Shown piece after piece: positions 1-4,324 of a DNA stretch of 4,324 nucleotides; position 1 is the first letter of the stretch, and each line of letters opens with the position of its first letter. This DNA is from a virus. Taxonomy: Duplodnaviria; Heunggongvirae; Uroviricota; Caudoviricetes. The notes under the pieces are model-generated. The model was not told the origin of the DNA, did not search any database, and worked only from the letters and a program-made list of their open reading frames with translations. A program made the translations under genes and the position numbers. The DNA lies in the IMG/VR virus record IMGVR_UViG_2671180781_000004, positions 1-4,324 of that record, one strand, 5' to 3'.

Positions 1-1
1 G

Positions 2-454
2 AATCTGTTCGGTCTGGTCACCGGAATGGCGGAGGACCTGCAGAGCCTGGTGGGGGCCACGGTGGTCCGCCGCCGGGTGTATGCCCGTTTTCTGGATGCG
101 GTGAATTTTGTGGCGGGCAATCCGGAAGCGGACCCGGAGCAGGAGCTGAGCGACCGCTGGGTGGTGGAGCAGATGTCAGAGCTGACGGCCATGACAGCCT
201 TGTTTGTGCTGGCAACACCGACGGAGACGGACGGAGCGCTGTTTCCTGGTCGCATCATGCTGGCGAACACCTGTATGTGGGATTACCGGGGAGATGAATG
301 CGGGTATAACGGTCCTGCGGTGGCGGATGAGTTCGACACCCCCACCACGGATATCCGTAAGGACAGATGCAGCAAGTGCATGCGCGGGTGTGAGATGCGC
401 GGCATGGTGGCTAATTTTGGCGGTTTCCTTTCCATTAATAAACTTTCGCAGTAA
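2..454 (+). CDS. L: Tail tip assembly protein L (gpL-like), 5'-truncated by the window edge; C-terminal cysteine-rich domain present
   Basis: Open frame runs from the window edge (frame of nt 2) to TAA at 452-454. The translation (...MAEDLQSLVGATVVRRRVYARFLDAVNFVAGNP...NTCMWDYRGDECGYNG...DRCSKCMRGCEMRG...) is recognisable as the C-terminal part of lambda gpL, including its cysteine cluster. It lies immediately upstream of K, as in lambda. Confidence 0.9.
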   Translation, partial: NLFGLVTGMAEDLQSLVGATVVRRRVYARFLDAVNFVAGNPEADPEQELSDRWVVEQMSELTAMTALFVLATPTETDGALFPGRIMLANTCMWDYRGDECGYNGPAVADEFDTPTTDIRKDRCSKCMRGCEMRGMVANFGGFLSINKLSQ

Positions 455-464
455 ATCCCGGTTT

Positions 465-1208
465 ATGACACAGACTGAATCAGCGATTCTGGCACATGCC
501 CGGCGGTGTGCGCCTGCGGAGTCGTGCGGCTTCGTGATAAGCACGCCGGAGGGGGAGCGGTATATCCCTTGTGTGAATATTTCCGCAGAGCCGGAGGCGT
601 ATTTTCGTATCGCACCGGAAGACTGGCTGCGGGCAGAGATGCAGGGGGAGATTGTGGCACTGGTCCACAGTCATCCCGGTGGGCTGCCCTGGCTGAGCGA
701 GGCTGACCGGCGGCTGCAGATAAAAAGCGCACTGCCCTGGTGGCTGGTCTGCCGGGGTGACATTCACAAATTCCGCTGTGTGCCACATCTGACAGGACGG
801 CGCTTTGAGCACGGGGTGACGGACTGTTACACGCTGTTCCGGGATGCCTACCATCTGGCGGGAATTGATATGCCGGATTTTGAGCGTGAGGATGACTGGT
901 GGCGTAACGGTCAGAACCTTTACCTGGACAATATGGCGGTCACCGGCTTTTACCGGGTGCCCCTGTCCTCTGCACAGGCGGGCGATATCCTGCTGTGCTG
1001 CTTTGGCGCATCGGTGGCCAATCATGCCGCCATATACTGCGGCAACGGTGAGCTGCTTCACCATCTGCCTGAACAACTGAGTAAACGGGAGAGGTATTCC
1101 GAAAAATGGCAACGACGAACGCATTCAGCCTGGCGTCACCGCCACTGGCACGCATCTGCCTTCACGGGGATTTGCAACGATTTGGCCGCCGCCTCAGCCT
1201 GTATGTGA
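465..1208 (+). CDS. K: Tail tip assembly protein K (gpK-like), 247 aa, with an N-terminal JAB/MPN (JAMM) domain and a C-terminal NlpC/P60 domain
   Basis: ATG at 465, 10 nt after the L stop; TGA at 1206-1208. The protein starts MTQTESAILAHARRC..., as in lambda-type K proteins. JAMM motif H-S-H-x7-S-x2-D at residues 68-81 (nt 666-707). NlpC/P60-type Cys at residue 121 (TDCYT, nt 825-827) and His at 187 (NHAAIY, nt 1023-1025), followed by HH at 199-200. No obvious Shine-Dalgarno, so translation is probably coupled to L. The six-frame ORF starting at 204 is only the open frame extending back into L. Confidence 0.87.
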   Translation: MTQTESAILAHARRCAPAESCGFVISTPEGERYIPCVNISAEPEAYFRIAPEDWLRAEMQGEIVALVHSHPGGLPWLSEADRRLQIKSALPWWLVCRGDIHKFRCVPHLTGRRFEHGVTDCYTLFRDAYHLAGIDMPDFEREDDWWRNGQNLYLDNMAVTGFYRVPLSSAQAGDILLCCFGASVANHAAIYCGNGELLHHLPEQLSKRERYSEKWQRRTHSAWRHRHWHASAFTGICNDLAAASACM

Positions 1209-1786
1209 ACACGGCAGCGGAAGCCATTCGCGCCCTGTCGATGCAGATGCCGGGCTTTCGCCGTCAGATGAACGAAGGCTGGTACCAGATACGTATTCGC
1301 GGTGAGGACACGGCACCGGAGGCGGTGTACGCCCGTCTTCACGAACAGCTGGGTGAGGGGGCGGTCATCCATATTGTGCCGCGACTGGCCGGGGCCGGAA
1401 AGGGTGGACTGCAGATTGTGCTGGGGGCGGCAGCCATCGTGGGCTCTTTCTTCACTGCCGGGGCATCAATGGCGTTATGGGGTTCAGCCCTGGCAGCCGG
1501 TGGTTTTTCTGCCACCACGATGCTGTTTTCACTGGGGGCCAGCATGATACTGGGTGGTGTGGCTCAGATGCTTGCCCCGAAGGCTAAAGTACCGGAGTAC
1601 AAAAGCACGGATAACGGTAAACAGAACACGTACTTTTCCTCGCTGGATAACATGATTGCCCAGGGGAACCCGATGCCGGTGCCTTACGGTGAAATGCTGG
1701 TTGGCTCCCGGCGAATCTCTCAGGACATCAGTACCCGTGATGAAGGCGGTGGCGGGAAGGTCGTGGTTATCGGGCGGCAGAGGTAA
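1106..1786 (+). CDS. I: Tail tip assembly protein I (gpI-like), 226 aa; N-terminal ubiquitin-like (beta-grasp) region followed by a Gly/Ala-rich hydrophobic segment
   Basis: ATG at 1106, preceded by GGGAGAGG (1087-1094) as a ribosome-binding site; TAA at 1784-1786. The protein (MATTNAFSLASPPLARICLHGDLQRFGRRL...VIHIVPRLAGAGKGG...) is recognisable as lambda gpI. The start lies 103 nt inside the 3' end of K in a different frame, which is the same overlap geometry as lambda K/I. Confidence 0.9.
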   Translation: MATTNAFSLASPPLARICLHGDLQRFGRRLSLYVNTAAEAIRALSMQMPGFRRQMNEGWYQIRIRGEDTAPEAVYARLHEQLGEGAVIHIVPRLAGAGKGGLQIVLGAAAIVGSFFTAGASMALWGSALAAGGFSATTMLFSLGASMILGGVAQMLAPKAKVPEYKSTDNGKQNTYFSSLDNMIAQGNPMPVPYGEMLVGSRRISQDISTRDEGGGGKVVVIGRQR

Positions 1787-1826
1787 AAAGAATAAAAAAA
1801 TCCCGCAGTGTTGCGGAGCTGCGGGA
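1787..1826 (-). terminator. Putative rho-independent terminator for leftward (minus-strand) transcription, abutting the I stop codon
   Basis: Inverted repeat TCCCGCAG (1801-1808) / CTGCGGGA (1819-1826) with a 10-nt loop. On the minus strand the hairpin is followed by TTTTTTTATTCTTTT (complement of 1800-1787). On the + strand no T-tract follows it, so it is oriented for the minus strand only. Confidence 0.5.
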
Positions 1827-1956
1827 GAGTTACGAAGATTAACTATAGAGAATTATTCTTATGTCACGACAAAAAACATTAACGCAGAGAAATTATTAGT
1901 ACCACAGTCAGTTTGTGAAAATGTGAAGATATTCAGAATTTTTATTCAGTCATGAT
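1827..1956. other. AT-rich intergenic core between I and J with no credible protein-coding capacity; possible moron or small-RNA locus
   Basis: My hand count gives about 38 G+C in 130 nt (about 29%), against visibly GC-rich flanking tail genes. It is flanked by the two hairpin terminators. It contains short direct repeats: AGAGAATTATT / AGAGAAATTATT (1847-1857, 1886-1897), TGTGAA twice (1914-1919, 1922-1927) and TATTCAG twice (1930-1936, 1943-1949). Confidence 0.4.
1892..1919 (-). promoter_or_regulatory. Candidate sigma70 promoter on the minus strand: -35 TTCACA, 16-bp spacer, -10 AATAAT
   Basis: Read on the minus strand: TTCACA (complement of 1919-1914), a 16-nt spacer, then AATAAT (complement of 1897-1892). 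These match the consensus at 5/6 and 5/6. The predicted start would be near 1885, about 90-100 nt upstream of the minus-strand terminator. Found by eye in AT-rich DNA, so the false-positive risk is high. Confidence 0.3.
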
Positions 1957-1990
1957 ACAGGCATCCTCCGGGATGCCTGTTGTTTTTGTG
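1957..1990 (+). terminator. Putative rho-independent terminator on the + strand, ending 32 bp upstream of the J start codon
   Basis: Perfect 10-bp GC-rich stem ACAGGCATCC (1957-1966) / GGATGCCTGT (1971-1980) with tetraloop TCCG, followed directly by TTGTTTTTGTG (1980-1990). Confidence 0.65.
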
Positions 1991-2021
1991 CGTAACAGTT
2001 ATCACAGTAAAGGGTGAGACA

Positions 2022-4324
2022 ATGGGCAAAGGTGGCGGCAAGGCGCACACGCCGGTAGAGGCAAAGGACAATCTTAAGTCCACGCAGATGATGAGCGTGA
2101 TTGATGCCATTGGTGAAGGGCCGATTGAAGGTCCGGTGAAGGGGCTGCAGAGTATCCTGGTGAACAAAACCCCGCTGACGGACACGGACGGCAATCCTGT
2201 GATACATGGTGTGACAGCGGTCTGGCGCGCCGGGGAGCAGGAGCAGACACCACCTGAAGGCTTTGAGTCCTCCGGGGCGGAAACCGCACTGGGCGTGGAA
2301 GTGACGAAGGTAAAGCCGGTGACGCGCACCATTACGTCCGCGAACATTGACCGCCTGCGGGTCACCTTCGGGGTGCAGTCACTGTTGGAGACCACCTCAA
2401 AGGGCGACCGTAATCCCTCTTCTGTCCGACTGCTGATTCAGTTGCAGCGTAACGGTAACTGGGTGACGGAAAAGGATGTCACCATTAACGGCAAGACCAC
2501 CTCACAGTACCTGGCGTCGGTGATTCTGGAGAATCTGCCTGAGCGGCCCTTTAACATCCGGATGGTCCGGGAGACAGCGGACAACACCCCGGACCAGCTG
2601 CAGAATAAGACGCTCTGGTCGTCATACACCGAAATCATCGATGTGAAACAGTGCTACCCGAACACGGCGATTGTGGGGTTGCAGGTGGATGCGGAGCAGT
2701 TCGGCGGCCAGCAGATGACGGTGAACTACCATATCCGCGGTCGCATCATCCAGGTGCCGTCAAACTATGACCCGGAAAAACGCACGTACAGCGGCATCTG
2801 GGACGGCAGCCTGAAACCGGCATACAGCAACAACCCGGCCTGGTGCCTGTGGGACATGCTGACTCACCCGCGCTACGGCATGGGAAAACGTCTGGGGGCG
2901 GCAGACGTGGACAAATGGGCGCTGTATGCCATTGCGCAGTACTGCGACCAGACGGTCCCGGATGGTTTCGGGGGCACAGAGCCGCGGATGACCTTTAATG
3001 CGTACCTGTCACAACAGCGTAAGGCGTGGGACGTTCTCAGTGATTTCTGCTCGGCGATGCGCTGTATGCCGGTATGGAACGGCCAGACGCTGACGTTCGT
3101 TCAGGACCGCCCGTCGGATGTGGTGTGGCCGTACACCAACTGCGATGTGGTGGTGGATGATAACGGCGTGGGGTTTCGCTACAGCTTCAGCGCCCTGAAG
3201 GACCGCCACACGGCGGTGGAGGTGAATTACACCGACCCGCAGAACGGCTGGCAGACCTCCACGGAACTGGTGGAAGACCCGGAAGCCATACTGCGCTACG
3301 GGCGCAACCTGCTGAAGATGGATGCGTTCGGCTGCACCAGTCGCGGTCAGGCCCACCGTGCCGGGCTGTGGGTGATAAAGACCGGACTGCTGGAAACGCA
3401 GACGGTGGATTTCACGCTCGGGTCACAGGGGCTGCGTCACACACCCGGTGACATTATTGAAATCTGTGATAACGACTATGCCGGGACCCTGACCGGCGGA
3501 CGTATCCTGTCCATCGATGCCGCCAGCCGCACCCTGACACTGGACCGTGAGGTGACCCTGCCGGAGACAGGTGCCGCCACGGTGAACCTGATTAACGGCA
3601 GCGGTAAGCCGGTGAGCGTGGCCATCACTGCACACCCCGCGCCGGACCGGATACAGGTCAGCACCCTGCCTGATGGTGTGGAGACATACGGTGTATGGGG
3701 GCTCTCCCTGCCGTCACTGCGTCGTCGCCTGTTCCGCTGTGTCTCCATCCGGGAAAACACGGACGGCACCTTTGCCATCACGGCGGTGCAGCACGTACCG
3801 GAAAAAGAAGCCATCGTGGATAACGGGGCCAGCTTTGAGCCGCAGTCAGGCACCCTGAACAGCGTTATTCCACCGGCAGTGCAGCACCTGACGGTGGAGG
3901 TGAGCGCGGCTGACGGTCAGTATCTGGCACAGGCGAAATGGGACACGCCGCGGGTGGTGAAGGGTGTGCGCTTCAGTCTGCGCCTGACCAGTGGAAGCGG
4001 TGAAAACAGCCGCCTGGTGACCACCGCCATCACCGCAGACACGGCGCACCGTTTCAGTGGCCTGCCGCTCGGGGAATACACCCTGACAGTCAGGGCAATT
4101 AACAGTTATGGCCAGCAGGGCGAACCGGCCACCACCACCTTCCGGATTAACGCGCCAGCAAAACCCGCCACCATTGAACTGACGCCGGGGTATTTTCAGA
4201 TAACGGCGGTCCCGCGTCTTGCGGTGTATGACCCGACGGTACAGTTTGAGTTCTGGTTTTCGGAGACAAAAATCGCAGACACATCTCAGGTGGAAACCGC
4301 TGCCCGTTATCTGGGGACCGGCAG
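2022..4324 (+). CDS. J: Central tail fibre / host specificity protein J (gpJ-like), N-terminal ~767 codons; 3' end lies beyond the window
   Basis: ATG at 2022, preceded by AAGGGTGAG (2010-2018). The frame stays open to the window end. The translation ([54 protein letters not shown]...[45 protein letters not shown]...) is highly similar, by recall, to the lambda J N-terminal and central regions. Confidence 0.93.
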   Translation, partial: MGKGGGKAHTPVEAKDNLKSTQMMSVIDAIGEGPIEGPVKGLQSILVNKTPLTDTDGNPVIHGVTAVWRAGEQEQTPPEGFESSGAETALGVEVTKVKPVTRTITSANIDRLRVTFGVQSLLETTSKGDRNPSSVRLLIQLQRNGNWVTEKDVTINGKTTSQYLASVILENLPERPFNIRMVRETADNTPDQLQNKTLWSSYTEIIDVKQCYPNTAIVGLQVDAEQFGGQQMTVNYHIRGRIIQVPSNYDPEKRTYSGIWDGSLKPAYSNNPAWCLWDMLTHPRYGMGKRLGAADVDKWALYAIAQYCDQTVPDGFGGTEPRMTFNAYLSQQRKAWDVLSDFCSAMRCMPVWNGQTLTFVQDRPSDVVWPYTNCDVVVDDNGVGFRYSFSALKDRHTAVEVNYTDPQNGWQTSTELVEDPEAILRYGRNLLKMDAFGCTSRGQAHRAGLWVIKTGLLETQTVDFTLGSQGLRHTPGDIIEICDNDYAGTLTGGRILSIDAASRTLTLDREVTLPETGAATVNLINGSGKPVSVAITAHPAPDRIQVSTLPDGVETYGVWGLSLPSLRRRLFRCVSIRENTDGTFAITAVQHVPEKEAIVDNGASFEPQSGTLNSVIPPAVQHLTVEVSAADGQYLAQAKWDTPRVVKGVRFSLRLTSGSGENSRLVTTAITADTAHRFSGLPLGEYTLTVRAINSYGQQGEPATTTFRINAPAKPATIELTPGYFQITAVPRLAVYDPTVQFEFWFSETKIADTSQVETAARYLGTG

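Noticed and set aside
480-1124. 214-aa ORF on the minus strand antisense to K, plus other minus-strand ORFs at 18-218, 176-544, 463-786, 940-1155 and 1136-1372
   Set aside because: They lie wholly antisense to well-supported GC-rich genes, have low-complexity Arg/Pro/Ala-rich translations typical of GC-rich antisense frames, and have no recognisable motifs or ribosome-binding sites.
204-1208. Six-frame ORF of 334 aa starting at ATG 204
   Set aside because: The first 261 nt are simply the K reading frame staying open inside the 3' end of L. The homologous K N-terminus (MTQTES...) begins at 465, right after the L stop.
1106-1208. Possible programmed ribosomal frameshift joining K and I
   Set aside because: I has its own ATG and ribosome-binding site, and no slippery heptamer was identified. 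The known lambda tail frameshift is in G/GT, which lies upstream of this window.
1801-1826. Hairpin 1801-1826 as a + strand terminator for the L-K-I transcript
   Set aside because: On the + strand the stem is followed by GAGAGTTACG rather than a T-tract; the U-tract is on the other side, so it fits a minus-strand terminator only.
1861-1899. Tiny ORF (MSRQKTLTQRNY, 12 aa) inside the spacer
   Set aside because: Too short to assess and has no convincing Shine-Dalgarno. It overlaps the candidate minus-strand promoter and cannot be separated from chance in AT-rich DNA.
1656-1955. 99-aa + strand ORF spanning the I 3' end and the I-J spacer
   Set aside because: It overlaps I out of frame for about 130 nt and continues into the AT-rich spacer with a Lys/Arg-rich low-complexity product. 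It has no ribosome-binding site and no recognisable domain, so it is most likely a chance open frame.
1946-2395. 149-aa (and nested 85-aa) minus-strand ORFs antisense to the J 5' end
   Set aside because: Antisense to the strongly supported J start region, with a Ser/Thr/Pro/Val-rich low-complexity translation; no independent support.
2438-4049. Several minus-strand and alternate-frame ORFs within J (2438-2638, 3009-3356, 3423-3635, 3476-3853, 3673-3858, 3846-4049)
   Set aside because: All are embedded in the continuous J reading frame. Their compositions are typical of out-of-frame translation of GC-rich coding DNA.
1-4324. CRISPR arrays, tRNA/rRNA genes, transposase or IS elements, integrase
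   Set aside because: No spaced repeat arrays, no tRNA-like cloverleaf candidates, and no ORFs of transposase or integrase type were seen; the window is filled by tail genes.

Overview
This window is the distal end of a lambda-like (lambdoid) phage or prophage tail gene cluster, all on the + strand: the 3' part of tail tip assembly gene L, complete K and I, and roughly the first 767 codons of the central tail fibre / host-specificity gene J. Gene order, overlaps and protein sequences match the lambda L-K-I-J module, so the coding content is ordinary. The one part not explained by these genes is the 235-bp I-J spacer (1787-2021), which in lambda is about 60 bp. Here it holds an AT-rich core of about 130 bp bracketed by two oppositely oriented hairpin/U-tract terminators, a plausible minus-strand sigma70 promoter, and short direct repeats. 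I read it as a small moron-like insert that may encode a roughly 95-nt non-coding RNA; this is an inference from sequence alone. No CRISPR array, tRNA, rRNA or transposase was seen. Identifications rest on my recognition of the translated proteins and motifs; no database search was run.
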